64,000 nucleotides of DNA from an uncultured Acidobacteriota bacterium (GCA_963704285.1 OY969886.1:1854234-1918233), one strand, 5' to 3'. Counted from the stretch's first letter, positions 17,764 to 28,937 are shown. Numbers and translations are program-made. The notes: generated by a model not told the origin, from the sequence alone.

Positions 17764-17885
17764 GTCATCCTTCGCGAGGCGAAGCCGAGCGGAGGATTTG
17801 AGAAGGACACCAGCACCACCGTTCAGGTCGCGTCAAACTGTGTTGGCAGATTCTCCCGTCTCGCTTCGCTCGCCGGAAGAATGAC
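17764..17885. repeat. Family A imperfect palindrome in ftsI-murE spacer
   Basis: GTCATCCTTCGCGAGGCGAAGCCGAGCGGAGGAT ... ATTCTCCCGTCTCGCTTCGCTCGCCGGAAGAATGAC. Confidence 0.8.
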
Positions 17886-17954
17886 AAATCAGGCGAACGA
17901 AAGGCGCACGCGGGCTCGTACAGAGCTGTTGGGAGAATCGCTATAATTCGGCTA

Positions 17955-19508
17955 ATGACCTTCCTTCACCTCCTCGACGGGGCTGAAGTCCTGTTGCAGA
18001 GCGGCAATGCCGAGATTTCCGGCGTGGAGTATGACTCGCGCCTGCTGAGGCCGGGCGACTGCTTTGTCGCCATGCGTGGCGAGACCACCGACGGCAACCG
18101 CTACATCGATGCCGCCATCGCCAATGGCGCGGGCGCGGTGGTCACCGATTCCGCCCAGGAGAAGCCAAGGCCGGGAGTGGCCTGGGCGCAGGTGGCGCAT
18201 GGACGGCGTGCGCTGGCCCGCATCAGCGCGAACTTTTATCGCCGCCCGGCGGAGAAGCTGCGCATCACCGGCATCACCGGGACCAACGGCAAGACCACGG
18301 CCAGCTTCCTGATCGAATCCATTCTGCACGCCGCCGACCGCAACAGCGCGCTGGTCGGGACCGTCGAGTACCACGTCGCCGGCAAAGTCCTGCCCGCGCC
18401 GCACACTACGCCGGAGGCGCTGGAACTCGAGCGACTGTTCTCCGAAGCGCTGGGGGCGGGCGCCAGCGAGGCGGTGATGGAGGTCTCCTCGCACGCTCTG
18501 GAGCAGCAGCGCGTTTACGGGATACCCTTCGACGTGGCAGTGTTCACCAACCTCACGCGCGACCACCTCGACTACCACCAGACCATGGAGCGCTACTTCG
18601 ATTCCAAGTGCATCCTGTTTCGCGGGTGCGGCACTGAGCCGCCGCGGGTGGCCGTCTTCAACATCGAGGACGAGTACGGTGCCAAGCTGGCGCAAGCGAG
18701 CAAGTCGGAGCTGCGCATTACCTACGGCATCGCCGCCGGCGATTTTCGCGCGGAGAGGGTCGAGACGGGACGCAACGGCACGCGCTTCGATATCGTCACG
18801 CCGGAGGGCACGATCCCCATCTGGTCGCCGCTGGTGGGCCGCGTGAACGTGTACAACATTCTGGCAGCCGCTGCGGCTGCGTATGGGCGCGATTGCTCCG
18901 CACCGGCGATCGAGAAAGGAGTCGCCGCACTGACGCGGGTGCCGGGACGCTTCGAACGCGTCGAGTGCGGCCAGGGGTTTTACGTGGTGGTGGACTACGC
19001 CCACACCGACGACGCATTGTGCAACCTGATGGCGCTGGCGCGCGCCCTCGTAAGCAAGGATCGCGGGCGGGTGATCACGGTTTTCGGCTGCGGCGGCGAT
19101 CGCGACCGCACCAAGCGACCGCTGATGGGCGAAGCCGCCGGCCGGGGCAGCGATTTCGTGGTCGTTACCTGCGACAATCCCCGCAGCGAAGACCCGCTGG
19201 CCATCATCAACGACGTGCTGCCGGGGCTTCAGCGGACCGGTGTCCGCTACACCATGGAGCCCGACCGCCGCAAGGCGATCGCCCTGGCCATCGACGAAGC
19301 ACGGCCCGGGGACATCGTGCTGATCGCCGGCAAAGGACACGAGAAGGTGCAGGTCACGCGCGAGGGCGCGGCCCCGTTCGACGATGTCGAGGTGGCGCGC
19401 GAGGTGCTGCGCTCGCTGGGCTACGAGCCGTCCGCGCCGGCCGTTTCGGAAGGGGTCCCCGGAACGCCCGGTTTTGGCGTTCTGGGGCGAGGAGAGGCAG
19501 CGCGATGA
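17955..19508 (+). CDS. murE: UDP-N-acetylmuramoyl-L-alanyl-D-glutamate--2,6-diaminopimelate ligase
   Basis: ITGTNGKTT P-loop and DNPRSEDP motif (DAP-type). Position in dcw cluster. Confidence 0.9.
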   Translation: MTFLHLLDGAEVLLQSGNAEISGVEYDSRLLRPGDCFVAMRGETTDGNRYIDAAIANGAGAVVTDSAQEKPRPGVAWAQVAHGRRALARISANFYRRPAEKLRITGITGTNGKTTASFLIESILHAADRNSALVGTVEYHVAGKVLPAPHTTPEALELERLFSEALGAGASEAVMEVSSHALEQQRVYGIPFDVAVFTNLTRDHLDYHQTMERYFDSKCILFRGCGTEPPRVAVFNIEDEYGAKLAQASKSELRITYGIAAGDFRAERVETGRNGTRFDIVTPEGTIPIWSPLVGRVNVYNILAAAAAAYGRDCSAPAIEKGVAALTRVPGRFERVECGQGFYVVVDYAHTDDALCNLMALARALVSKDRGRVITVFGCGGDRDRTKRPLMGEAAGRGSDFVVVTCDNPRSEDPLAIINDVLPGLQRTGVRYTMEPDRRKAIALAIDEARPGDIVLIAGKGHEKVQVTREGAAPFDDVEVAREVLRSLGYEPSAPAVSEGVPGTPGFGVLGRGEAAR

Positions 19509-20890
19509 GGCTGCCGCTGGGGCGGATCGCTGAGTTCATCGGCGCCAGGGGCGAGTTCGATGCCGTCGCCGTTGCCGGCGGCTATTCCATCGACTCGCGC
19601 ACCATCGCTCCCGGCGAGTTGTTTTTTGCCGTGCAAGGCGAGCGCCTCGACGGTCACGATTTCGTCGAGCAGGCGCTCTCGGCGGGTGCGGTGGCGGCGG
19701 TGGTGAGCCGTGACCAGGCGGCGCGCTACACCGATAACCATCGCCTGTTCACAGTGGCAGACCCGCTCACCGCCCTGCAACGCCTGGGGACCGCCGTCCG
19801 GCGGCTGTGGGGGAAGAAGCTGATCGCGGTCACCGGCTCCACCGGCAAGACCACCACCAAAGAAGCCATCGCGCAGGTGCTCAGCACGCGCTTTCGCGTC
19901 CTCAGGTCTGAGGGCAATCTCAACAATCACTTCGGGCTGCCGCTGCAACTGCTGCGGCTCGAACCGGAGCACGAGATCGCCGTCATGGAGATCGCCATGA
20001 ACCACGCCGGCGAGATTCGCGCGCTGGCGGGGATCGCGCAACACGATGTGGCGGTGGTCACCAACGTGGGGCCGGTGCATCTGGAGTTCTTCGATTCCGT
20101 CGCTGTCATCGCCCGCGCCAAGTACGAACTGATCGAGACCCTCCACGCCGGCGGGACCGCGGTGCTCAACGCTGACGATCAATACGTCTCCCAGTTCGGG
20201 CGCGATTTCCACGGCAAAGTGGTGACCTTCGGCATCGAGCGCCCGGCGGACGTGCGCGCGGAGAACGTTCAGGAGCGCGGCCTCGAGGGTTCGGTTTTCG
20301 ATCTGGTCGCCGGCGGCTGCCGGCAGAGTGTCACCCTGCCGCTGCTCGGGCTGCACAATGTGTACAACGCGCTGGCGGCGGCCACAGTCGGACTGGAAAC
20401 CGGCATTGCGCCGTCCGAAGCTGCAACAGCGCTGGCGGCGCTCGTACCCCAGGACAAGCGTGGACAGTTGACGGAAGTTGCCGGCGCCACCGTGGTGAAT
20501 GATTGCTACAATTCCAATCCGAAAGCCCTCGCGGCGATGGTGAGTTCGTTCGCGCGGCTGCCGGCGCGGCGGCGCATCGTGGTGGCGGGCGAGATGCTCG
20601 AACTCGGCCCCACAGCCGCCGAATTGCACCACCAGTGCGGGACTGCCATCGCGAAGAATGGGATCGACGTGCTGCTGGGCGTGCGCGGCGCGGCGCAGCA
20701 TATGGTCGAGGCGGCGCGCGCGGCCGGCATGGCGGCGGAGTTCGTGGAAACGCCGCAGCAGGCGGGAGAGTGGCTGGCGCGCGAGGTGCGTCCCGGGGAT
20801 GCCGTGCTGCTCAAGGCCTCGCGCGGGGTGAAGCTGGAAGGCGCTCTCGAGGCCTGGCGTGCACACCTCGCGGCGGCCACGGCAGGATAG
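19505..20890 (+). CDS. murF: UDP-N-acetylmuramoyl-tripeptide--D-alanyl-D-alanine ligase
   Basis: ATGA overlap with the murE stop. VTGSTGKTTTKE P-loop. In-frame part of ORF 18893..20890. Confidence 0.9.
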   Translation: MRLPLGRIAEFIGARGEFDAVAVAGGYSIDSRTIAPGELFFAVQGERLDGHDFVEQALSAGAVAAVVSRDQAARYTDNHRLFTVADPLTALQRLGTAVRRLWGKKLIAVTGSTGKTTTKEAIAQVLSTRFRVLRSEGNLNNHFGLPLQLLRLEPEHEIAVMEIAMNHAGEIRALAGIAQHDVAVVTNVGPVHLEFFDSVAVIARAKYELIETLHAGGTAVLNADDQYVSQFGRDFHGKVVTFGIERPADVRAENVQERGLEGSVFDLVAGGCRQSVTLPLLGLHNVYNALAAATVGLETGIAPSEAATALAALVPQDKRGQLTEVAGATVVNDCYNSNPKALAAMVSSFARLPARRRIVVAGEMLELGPTAAELHHQCGTAIAKNGIDVLLGVRGAAQHMVEAARAAGMAAEFVETPQQAGEWLAREVRPGDAVLLKASRGVKLEGALEAWRAHLAAATAG

Positions 20891-20928
20891 GATTGAGGTA
20901 GCAGCCACAGCAGGAAGGCGGAGGCAGA

Positions 20929-22062
20929 TTGCTTTATTGGTTGTTGTACGTAAAACTCTTTCCTTACTTCTCGCCTTTCCGCATCTTCCGTTACCTGACG
21001 TTCCGCACGGCATTTGCCAGCCTGACGGCCCTGGCCACGGGACTGATCGTGGGGCCGGCGGTGATCCGGCGCCTGCGCGAGTTCCAGATCGGCCAGTACA
21101 TCCGCGAGGAAGGTCCTAAAGCACACCAGAAGAAAGCCGGCACGCCGACCATGGGCGGGGTGCTGATCGCCATCTCCATCGTCGTGCCCACGCTGCTCTG
21201 GGCCGACCTCAGCAACATTTTCGTGTGGATCGTGGTCGGTTCCACGGTCGCATTCGCCTCCATCGGCTTTGCCGACGATTACCTGAAGGTCATCCACCAC
21301 CGCAACCTGGGCCTGACGGGCAAGACCAAGCTGATGCTGCAGATCCTTACCAGCCTGGTGGTGGCCGTGGCGCTGATGCTGCTGACCGCCAGCGGCGACT
21401 ACTCCACCCACCTGATGGTCCCGTTCCTGAAAAGGTTCCGTCCCGACCTGGTGATCACCCACCTGGTGCGGAACCCCTATATGTGGCCCATCGCTTTCAT
21501 GCCGTTTCTCATTTTCGTGGTGGTGGTGATCGTGGGCTCGTCGAACGCGGTGAACCTGACGGACGGGCTCGACGGCCTGGCCATCGGCTGCACCGTGATC
21601 GCCGCCGCGGCGCTGGCGGTGCTGACCTACGTCAGCGGGCATACCGTGTTCGCCGGCTACCTCGAGCTGCAACGCATGCCCCAGGTCGGGGAGTTGACCA
21701 TCTTCTGCGGCGCCATGGTGGGGGCCAGTATCGGCTTCCTCTGGTACAACGCCCACCCGGCGGAGATCTTTATGGGCGACGTCGGCTCGCTCGCCCTGGG
21801 AGGCGCCATCGGCACCGTCGCCGTCATCATCAAGCAGGAGCTGCTGCTGCCCTTCATCGGCGGCATCTTCGTGATCGAAGCGGTGTCGGTCATCCTGCAG
21901 GTGGTCTCCTACAAGCTGCGGCGGAAGCGGATCTTCAAGATGGCGCCGCTGCACCACCACTTCGAGCTGCTGGGATGGTCGGAGTCGAAGATCATCGTGC
22001 GCTTCTGGATCGCCTCGCTGGTGTTTGCACTTTTTGCACTGACCACGCTGAAGTTGCGCTAG
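20929..22062 (+). CDS. mraY: Phospho-N-acetylmuramoyl-pentapeptide transferase
   Basis: [38 protein letters not shown] motifs. Confidence 0.95.
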   Translation: MLYWLLYVKLFPYFSPFRIFRYLTFRTAFASLTALATGLIVGPAVIRRLREFQIGQYIREEGPKAHQKKAGTPTMGGVLIAISIVVPTLLWADLSNIFVWIVVGSTVAFASIGFADDYLKVIHHRNLGLTGKTKLMLQILTSLVVAVALMLLTASGDYSTHLMVPFLKRFRPDLVITHLVRNPYMWPIAFMPFLIFVVVVIVGSSNAVNLTDGLDGLAIGCTVIAAAALAVLTYVSGHTVFAGYLELQRMPQVGELTIFCGAMVGASIGFLWYNAHPAEIFMGDVGSLALGGAIGTVAVIIKQELLLPFIGGIFVIEAVSVILQVVSYKLRRKRIFKMAPLHHHFELLGWSESKIIVRFWIASLVFALFALTTLKLR

Positions 22063-22195
22063 CGCGTGGGGCGGTCGTGGTAGAAGTGGTAGGTGAAAAG
22101 TTGGAAAGTGGTAAGGGCTGGGATGGTTTCCGTGGATGCGGTTCGGGACGGGCACGGCTTTAGCGTGTGTGTGAGAACTCGGATAAGCGTCCACT

Positions 22196-22316
22196 GTCAT
22201 TCTTCCGCCGAGCAAAGCGAGGCGGGAGAATCTGGGATAGCGGTTGACGCCACCAGTTCGGTGGCGCCGGCGTGGTTGCCCGATCCTCCGCTCGCCTTCG
22301 GCTCGCGAAGGATGAC
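22196..22316. repeat. Family A imperfect palindrome in mraY-murD spacer (with flanking family B half-hairpins)
   Basis: GTCATTCTTCCGCCGAGCAAAGCGAGGCGGGAGAAT ... ATCCTCCGCTCGCCTTCGGCTCGCGAAGGATGAC. GGCACGGCTTTAGC-type motifs at about 22150 and 22385. Confidence 0.8.
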
Positions 22317-22477
22317 AACCTCAACCGAACCATCCTGGGCGAGAATCAAGAAGGCTAGTCGCTCTCACGCGCGTGCTTTAGCCGTGCCGTTGAGGCATGG
22401 ACGGATGGGACTTCAGCCCCTGCGGGCCCTCACTTACCACTTATCACTAAACCACTCTTCACTTGTTGGCGCAGGGA

Positions 22478-23875
22478 ATGAGTTGGGCATTGGACGTTAA
22501 AGGCAAACGCGTACTCGTCGTCGGCCTGGGCAAGTCCGGCGTCGCCTCGGCGATCTTTTTGAAAGATTGCGGCGCGCGCGTGAGCGTCTCCGACGCCAAG
22601 ACCGAAGACCAGCTTCCCTCGGCCATTCCCGCGCTCCTGGACAAAGGCATATCGGTGGAGACCGGCGGGCACGGCGAGCGCACCTTCCGCGACCAGGAAC
22701 TGATCGTGGTCAGCCCGGGCGTGCCCAGCGATGTGCCGCAACTGGAGAAGGCCCGCGCGCAAGGCATCCCCATCATCGGCGAAGTCGAGCTGGCATCGCG
22801 CTTTCTGAAGGGACACATCATCGCCATCACCGGCTCCAACGGCAAGACCACGACTACCGCGCTCGCCGGCGAAATCATCGGCATGGGCGGATACGAGGTG
22901 CTGGTGGGTGGCAACATCGGCACGCCCGCGATCTCGCTGGTTGCGGATTCGACCTCGGATACCTACAACGTTCTGGAGATCTCCAGTTTCCAGCTCGAGA
23001 GCATTGAGAGCTTCCACCCCGAGATCGCCGTCACCCTCAACATCACGCCCGACCATCTCGACCGTCACCACAGTTTCGACGCGTACGTGCTGGCGAAGGC
23101 ACGGATCTTCGAGAACCAGACTTCGCAGGATCATGCCGTTCTCAATGCTGACGATCCGACCTGCGCCGGTCTGGCGGGGAAGACCCACGCCCAGGTGCAC
23201 TGGTTCAGCCGCAGCAAGGACGTCGAGCGCGGGGCGTTCGCGCGCGCCGGCAAAATTTTCTGGCGCGACCACGAAGGCGATCAGGAGGTGATGCCGGTCA
23301 GCGGCATCACGCTGAAGGGCACACACAACCTGGAGAACGTGCTGGCCGCGGTCTTGGTCGGCCGCATCGTGGGTTGCGAGCCGCACCGCATCCGCCGCGC
23401 CGTCGAAGAGTTCAAGGCGGTCGAGCACCGGCTGGAGTACGTCGCCAGCATCCAGGGGGTCGAGTACTACAACGACTCCAAAGCCACCAACGTGGACGCC
23501 ACCATCAAGGCTTTGGAGTCATTCCCCGGCAACATCCACATCATCCTCGGCGGCAAGGACAAGGGCAGCGACTACTCCGTGCTGAAAGACTTGCTGCGCG
23601 CCCGGACGAAGCGCGTGTACACCATCGGCGCAGCGGCGGAGAAGATCGATTCGCAGATCGCGGGCGCCGCACCCGTGCTCCATGCCGAGACCCTGGAGGC
23701 TGCGGTCAAGCGCGCTGCGGAATCGGCCGCGCCGGGTGACATCGTGCTGCTGGCCCCGGCCTGTGCCAGCTTCGACCAGTTCGAAAGCTACGAACACCGT
23801 GGCCACGTCTTCAAGGAAGCGGTGCACGCTCTGGCCGCGCGCAAGGCGCCCAGCGAGGTGGGAGGAGCCGCGTGA
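22478..23875 (+). CDS. murD: UDP-N-acetylmuramoylalanine--D-glutamate ligase
   Basis: VVGLGKSG Rossmann-like N-terminus and ITGSNGKTTT P-loop. Start at 22463 or 22478. Confidence 0.9.
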   Translation: MSWALDVKGKRVLVVGLGKSGVASAIFLKDCGARVSVSDAKTEDQLPSAIPALLDKGISVETGGHGERTFRDQELIVVSPGVPSDVPQLEKARAQGIPIIGEVELASRFLKGHIIAITGSNGKTTTTALAGEIIGMGGYEVLVGGNIGTPAISLVADSTSDTYNVLEISSFQLESIESFHPEIAVTLNITPDHLDRHHSFDAYVLAKARIFENQTSQDHAVLNADDPTCAGLAGKTHAQVHWFSRSKDVERGAFARAGKIFWRDHEGDQEVMPVSGITLKGTHNLENVLAAVLVGRIVGCEPHRIRRAVEEFKAVEHRLEYVASIQGVEYYNDSKATNVDATIKALESFPGNIHIILGGKDKGSDYSVLKDLLRARTKRVYTIGAAAEKIDSQIAGAAPVLHAETLEAAVKRAAESAAPGDIVLLAPACASFDQFESYEHRGHVFKEAVHALAARKAPSEVGGAA

Positions 23876-23914
23876 GGCGAATGAGTTGGCTGAAGAGTAC
23901 AGAGTGGGGCTGCC

Positions 23915-24144
23915 TTGAAGGGGCGCGGCTTCAGCCGCGCCGCTATGCTGAACTTATCAAATTGTCATCCCGAGCAAGCGCAAGCCAAGGTTGCGAGGCG
24001 AGCGCGCAGCGAGGGATCTGCAGTTTTAGAGCCCGCACTGCAGATCCCTCACTCGCGCTTCCTCACTCTGTTCGGTCGCGCTTCGTTCGGGATGACAACT
24101 CTTTATGCCTGATTGCGGCGCGGCTGAAAGCCGCGCCCCTTCAA
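23915..24144. repeat. Nested palindrome (family B hairpins outside, family A arms inside) in murD-ftsW spacer
   Basis: Outer TTGAAGGGGCGCGGCTTCAGCCGCGCC / GGCGCGGCTGAAAGCCGCGCCCCTTCAA. Inner GTCATCCCGAGC...GAGGGATCTGCAGT / ACTGCAGATCCCTC...CGGGATGAC. Confidence 0.85.
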
Positions 24145-24196
24145 ACCAGGGTTCGGCTTCCGATTTCGTGCTGTGGTGGAAGTTCAGGGAGCGTAG

Positions 24197-25288
24197 ATGG
24201 CTAAGCGCGTCAGCGTGGACAAGACGCTGTTCATCGTCACCCTGCTGCTGGTGTTCATCGGGCTGGTGATGGTGTTCAGCGCCTCGGCCGTGATGGCGAA
24301 GGAACGCTACGGATCGGCGTACACGTTCCTCTTTAAGCAGATGGTGTGGGCGGTCGCGGGCCTGATCGCGATGGTCGTGGCCATGAACGTGGACTACCGC
24401 CGCTACAAGCATCCGGCGGTCGTGTTCTCGCTGCTGGGCGTCACGCTCATCCTGCTGGTCGCGGTGTTTTTCCTCGACCGCTCGCACAACACGCATCGCT
24501 GGATCCGCCTCGGCTTGCTGTCCTTCCAGCCCTCGGAGCTGGCGAAACCGGCGCTGATCCTGTTCCTGGCGTATTTTCTGGAGAACCGCACCAAGTCCAT
24601 GGACGATTGGCGGCAGACGCTGCTGCCCGCCGTCTTGCCCATCGTGGTCTGTGCCGGGCTGATCCTCAAGCAGCCTGACCTGGGTACGTCTGCTGTTTGC
24701 GTGGCCATCAGCTCCGTCATCCTGTTCGTCGCGGGCATGCGGCTGCGCTATCTGGGCTACGCCTTGGTCGCATCAATCCCGGTGCTGTACCTGACCATCT
24801 TCCGCGTGAAGTGGCGTTACGAGCGCATCCTCGCCTTTCTGGACCCGTGGGCGGACCCGCAGGGACGCGGCTTCCACATCATTCAGTCGCTGATCGCCGT
24901 CGGCACCGGCGGTTTCACCGGCCTGGGGCTGATGGAAGGCAAGCAGAAGCTCTTCTACCTGCCCGAGCCGCACACCGACTTCATCTTCGCGGTGATCGCC
25001 GAGGAGATGGGACTGCTGGGCGCGCTCGCCGTGGTGTCGCTCTTCGCCATCTTTCTCTACCGCGGAATGCGCACCGCGCTGGCCACCGAGGACATCTTCG
25101 CGCGCTATCTGGCCACGGGGATCACCTCGATGATCGTCGTCCAGGCGGTGTTCAACATCAGCGTGGTGCTGGGCCTGATGCCCACGAAAGGGATTCCGCT
25201 GCCATTCATCTCCTACGGCGGCTCGTCACTGTTCGTGATGCTGGCGTGCGTGGGCGTCCTGCTGAACATCACCCAGAGCACCGACTGA
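24197..25288 (+). CDS. ftsW: Peptidoglycan glycosyltransferase FtsW (SEDS family)
   Basis: Multi-pass membrane protein with [29 protein letters not shown] motifs. Confidence 0.9.
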   Translation: MAKRVSVDKTLFIVTLLLVFIGLVMVFSASAVMAKERYGSAYTFLFKQMVWAVAGLIAMVVAMNVDYRRYKHPAVVFSLLGVTLILLVAVFFLDRSHNTHRWIRLGLLSFQPSELAKPALILFLAYFLENRTKSMDDWRQTLLPAVLPIVVCAGLILKQPDLGTSAVCVAISSVILFVAGMRLRYLGYALVASIPVLYLTIFRVKWRYERILAFLDPWADPQGRGFHIIQSLIAVGTGGFTGLGLMEGKQKLFYLPEPHTDFIFAVIAEEMGLLGALAVVSLFAIFLYRGMRTALATEDIFARYLATGITSMIVVQAVFNISVVLGLMPTKGIPLPFISYGGSSLFVMLACVGVLLNITQSTD

Positions 25289-25289
25289 T

Positions 25290-26360
25290 ATGCGCGCCGT
25301 CCTGGCCGGAGGCGGCACCGGCGGCCACGTCATCCCCGCACTGGCCATCGCCCACGAGTTACGCGCGCTTTACCATGCAGACATCATCTTCATCGGAACC
25401 TCGCGCGGTATCGAGAACCGCCTGGTTCCCGCTGCCGGGTTCGAACTCAAGCTGGTGGAGGTCGGAGCCCTGAAGAAGGTCAGCCTGGCGAGGCGCGTTC
25501 AGACCATGACGGCGCTGCCCGCAGCGATCTTCCGCTCGTGGAAGATTCTCAACGAGTTCCGGCCCGACGTAGTGATCGGCGTCGGCGGATACGCTTCCGG
25601 GCCGGCCATGCTGGCGGGGGCGCTCTCCGGCGTGCCTACACTGGCTTTCGAGCCCAACGTCGTGCCCGGGCTGGCCAACCGCATCATGGCGCCCATCGTT
25701 TCGTCCGCCGCCGTGCACTTCGAGGAAACCTGCCGCTATTTCCAGCGCTGCCGCATTACGGGCGTTCCCGTGCGCCGCGCGTTTTACAATCTGCCGCCCA
25801 AGCCCGCGGGCAGCCCGCCGACGCTCCTGGTTTTCGGTGGCAGCCAGGGCGCGCATGCCATCAATGAAGCCGTGATGAACTCGCTCGCAGCGCTCATGGA
25901 GCAGGTCCCGGGGATCCACCTCGTCCACCAGACCGGCGAACGTGACTATAATGACGCCCAGGCGGTTTACCTGCGCTCGCGGGCCCCCGCAGAGGTTTTC
26001 CCGTTCATCGAGGACATGCCGGAGATGTTCGCGCGCGCTGACCTGCTGGTCTGCCGCTCCGGCGCCAGCACGGTGGCCGAGGTGACCGCGGCAGGGAAGC
26101 CGGCCATCTTCATCCCCTTCCCGCACGCGGCGGACGACCACCAGTTGCGCAACGCCCAAGCGCTGGAGAGAGCCGGGGCGGCGGTGCTGATCGCGGAGAA
26201 GGACCTGACCAGCGAGCGGCTGGTGCGCACCGTGCGCGAATTATTGTGCGATCCGGCGCGGCTGGCGCGTATGTCGGCGGCTTCGCGCAAGCTGTCGCAT
26301 CCCGACGCCGCACGCCAGATCGCGCTCATGGCGGGAAGACTGGCAGGCGTGCCAGCGTAA
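25290..26360 (+). CDS. murG: UDP-N-acetylglucosamine--N-acetylmuramyl-(pentapeptide) pyrophosphoryl-undecaprenol GlcNAc transferase
   Basis: GGTGGHV N-terminal motif and C-terminal GASTVAE...[10 protein letters not shown]. Confidence 0.9.
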   Translation: MRAVLAGGGTGGHVIPALAIAHELRALYHADIIFIGTSRGIENRLVPAAGFELKLVEVGALKKVSLARRVQTMTALPAAIFRSWKILNEFRPDVVIGVGGYASGPAMLAGALSGVPTLAFEPNVVPGLANRIMAPIVSSAAVHFEETCRYFQRCRITGVPVRRAFYNLPPKPAGSPPTLLVFGGSQGAHAINEAVMNSLAALMEQVPGIHLVHQTGERDYNDAQAVYLRSRAPAEVFPFIEDMPEMFARADLLVCRSGASTVAEVTAAGKPAIFIPFPHAADDHQLRNAQALERAGAAVLIAEKDLTSERLVRTVRELLCDPARLARMSAASRKLSHPDAARQIALMAGRLAGVPA

Positions 26361-26365
26361 AAACG

Positions 26366-26437
26366 CCACGGATTTGCACGGATCAACACGGATTTAATTC
26401 TTGTTTCTGATCCGTGCTCATCCGTGTAAATCCGTGG
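26366..26437. repeat. Family C palindrome: three CACGGAT heptamers at 10-nt phasing on each arm
   Basis: CCACGGATttgCACGGATcaaCACGGAT...ATCCGTGctcATCCGTGtaaATCCGTGG in the murG-murC spacer. Confidence 0.85.
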
Positions 26438-26448
26438 CCTAAGTAGTT

Positions 26449-27867
26449 ATGTTCGCCAAGATCCAACGCGTGCATTTCGTCGGCATCGGCGGCATCGGCA
26501 TGAGCGGCATCGCCGAGGTGCTGCTCAACCTCGGCTACAAGATCTCCGGATCCGACCTGAAGCCCTCGCTGGTGACTGACCGCCTGGCCACAATGGGCGC
26601 AATCATTTGCGAAGGCCATCGCGCGGAGAACGTCGTGGGCGCTGAAGTCGTAGTCACCAGCTCCGCCGTCACGCGCGACAACCCGGAGGTGGTGGAAGCG
26701 CGCCGCCGCCACATCCCGGTGATCCAGCGCGCCGAGATGCTGGCCGAGCTGATGCGGCTGAAGTACGGCATCGCCGTGGCCGGCATGCACGGCAAGACCA
26801 CCACCACCTCGATGATTGCCGCGGTGCTCGCCGCCGGCGGCCTCGATCCCACCGTGGTGGTCGGCGGGCGCGTGGACGCCATGGGCTCGAACGCGCGCCT
26901 CGGCAAGTCGCACTACCTGGTTGCCGAGGCCGACGAAAGCGACCGTTCCTTTCTCAAGCTTTCACCCATCCTGGCGGTCGTTACCAACATCGACCGCGAA
27001 CACATGGACTGCTATCGCAACATGGCCGATGTCGAGAATGCCTTCGTCGAGTTCATGGACCGCGTCCCGTTTTATGGCTTGACTGTCGCGTGCAACGACG
27101 ATGACCGCCTGCGCGCGCTCTTGCCGCAGCTGCGCCGCCGCGTCATGACCTACGGCTCGCGTCCGGACTCCGATTTCCGTGTGGCGGACTCGGAGACGCC
27201 TCACGTGGACGGCCACGAGCGGCCCATGAGCCGCTTCCGCGTGGACTATCGCGGGCAGTCGCTGGGCGACTTTCATCTCTACGTGCCCGGGCGGCACAAC
27301 ATCCTGAATGCCACCGCCGCGATCGCCGTCGGCGTGGGCCTCGAGGTGAATCTGGAAGCCATCCGCAACGCGCTGGCGGAGTTCCGCGGCGTGGACCGCC
27401 GCTTCCAGTTGCGCGGCCACGTGGGCGAGATCAGCGTGATTGACGATTACGGCCACCATCCCACCGAGATCCGCGCTACGCTGGCCGCCGCCCGCCAGTG
27501 CGGCTACAAGCGCATCCACGTGGTCTTCCAGCCTCACCGCTACACCCGCACTCAGGACCTGGCTGACCAGTTCGCCACCGCCTTCGGCGATGCCGACTCG
27601 CTGTTCGTGCTCGACATCTACGCCGCCAGCGAGCCGCCCATTGATGGCATCACGGGCGAGCGTCTGGCGCGGCACATCGCCAATCTGGGGAAGCGGCAAG
27701 CGACCTACGCGGCTTCCTTTGGCGACGCCATCGAGATGGTGGCCGCCGCCGCCCGGCCCGGCGACATGATCCTGACTCTTGGGGCGGGCAGCGTGTCGCA
27801 GCTCGGGCCGCAGATCCTCGAGCGGCTGGAGGCGCGACAGGCACAGGCGGTCAGCGCCACAGAGTAA
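26449..27867 (+). CDS. murC: UDP-N-acetylmuramate--L-alanine ligase
   Basis: HFVGIGGIGMSGIA and VAGMHGKTTTTSM motifs. Confidence 0.9.
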   Translation: MFAKIQRVHFVGIGGIGMSGIAEVLLNLGYKISGSDLKPSLVTDRLATMGAIICEGHRAENVVGAEVVVTSSAVTRDNPEVVEARRRHIPVIQRAEMLAELMRLKYGIAVAGMHGKTTTTSMIAAVLAAGGLDPTVVVGGRVDAMGSNARLGKSHYLVAEADESDRSFLKLSPILAVVTNIDREHMDCYRNMADVENAFVEFMDRVPFYGLTVACNDDDRLRALLPQLRRRVMTYGSRPDSDFRVADSETPHVDGHERPMSRFRVDYRGQSLGDFHLYVPGRHNILNATAAIAVGVGLEVNLEAIRNALAEFRGVDRRFQLRGHVGEISVIDDYGHHPTEIRATLAAARQCGYKRIHVVFQPHRYTRTQDLADQFATAFGDADSLFVLDIYAASEPPIDGITGERLARHIANLGKRQATYAASFGDAIEMVAAAARPGDMILTLGAGSVSQLGPQILERLEARQAQAVSATE

Positions 27868-27885
27868 GGCTTCTCTTACCCTGTT

Positions 27886-28434
27886 TCACTTGCCGGCCGG
27901 CTTCGCCCCAGTGCTCTCCTGCGCGCCCTTCTTCAACTCCGCTTCCGTCAGGTTTACGTGTCCCACGGATTGCGCGATGATCACACTGCCGCTCGGGACC
28001 GTGTCGTCATGGGACCACAGGTGGAAGATGATTCCATCCGTAGTGGCCACAAGGTCAGCCACTTCCTTGGCCTTGTCTGGCGGCAGATCAAGCACCTGCA
28101 CGCGCCCGGTGGCGATTTCCTGCTTGTGGTCATGCCAGTTCTTATTCCAGGCGGCCAGCGGCACTGCGCCCGTCCGGGTGATGGACTTGGCCATGATGTA
28201 CTCGACTTGCTCCAGGCGGGCGTTCGCATCATTCGAGCTGTAACAGAGGCACTCGATCACAGGTTCCGGCGAGAGAACCTTGCAGTAATGATGGTACGGC
28301 CCCATCACCTTGCCGGCCACCACATGTGGGGCAGTGACATGAACGGTGTGACCGTCGGCCGGCGAAGGTGCGTTTGCTGCCTGGCCCCAACACACCGGCA
28401 CAACCAGCAGACAGATCGCAAGTACGCTTTTCAT
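27886..28434 (-). CDS. Secreted DUF1264-like protein, opposite strand inside the dcw cluster
   Basis: ATG 28434 inside ORF 27886..28749. Signal MKSVLAICLLVVPVCWGQA. HHYC...CLCYSSNDANARLEQVEYIM pattern recalled from DUF1264. Confidence 0.45.
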   Translation of the reverse strand: MKSVLAICLLVVPVCWGQAANAPSPADGHTVHVTAPHVVAGKVMGPYHHYCKVLSPEPVIECLCYSSNDANARLEQVEYIMAKSITRTGAVPLAAWNKNWHDHKQEIATGRVQVLDLPPDKAKEVADLVATTDGIIFHLWSHDDTVPSGSVIIAQSVGHVNLTEAELKKGAQESTGAKPAGK

Positions 28435-28592
28435 GGGAGTGGACTCCTTAAAGGTGAGATCAGGGGCCGTCAACCGGTCGATGATTCTGCCCGCGGCTCG
28501 GTGCCCTGTCAACTCATTGACCTGGAAATTTCCCTTCCCGCACCTAACAAAATCCTCTCTGCCACGTCTGATTAAGCGACTGGGGAAACACA

Positions 28593-28859
28593 ATGAGATC
28601 GCGCAAGACATGGCGGACCGGATTGCTGGTGGTGCTGGTGGCGGGGCTGCTGGCGGCTTCCGAGCTGAAGGGAGCGCCGCGGGTAACCATCCAAAGCCCC
28701 ACCGCGCTCTACTTGCTGGCGCAGTACAAGCTGGCGGTGGGTGACGCATCTTCCGGCGTGGAGTTGCTCGATCGCGCGCTGGCCGGCCGCGACGCGTTGC
28801 CTGCCCGCACCGATGCCCTCAGCGCCTGCAACCTTGCTGTCCGCGTCCCCACTCCTTAG
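28593..28859 (+). CDS. Hypothetical small secreted protein
   Basis: 88-aa ORF with signal-like RTGLLVVLVAGLLAASELKG. No family recognised. Confidence 0.3.
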   Translation: MRSRKTWRTGLLVVLVAGLLAASELKGAPRVTIQSPTALYLLAQYKLAVGDASSGVELLDRALAGRDALPARTDALSACNLAVRVPTP

Positions 28860-28937
28860 GTCCCTTTCACGGAAGCTGCCCCCGGTCAAACCTGCCGTGA
28901 GATATTGCTGGCAAAAGCTCCCTGCACAGTTGAAGCT

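Noticed and set aside
15642-17819. 725-aa ORF on the minus strand
   Set aside because: It lies entirely antisense to ftsI, whose product has clear PBP motifs. The antisense peptide is Arg/Gly/Ala-rich with no recognisable domain. This is a typical shadow ORF of high-GC DNA. The same applies to 13711..15069, 17952..19340, 19421..21013, 30131..31567, 31605..33041 and 36377..37618.
20506-22215. 569-aa ORF antisense to murF/mraY
   Set aside because: Shadow ORF opposite mraY, whose motifs are unambiguous. The composition is low-complexity (H/D/G/R rich).
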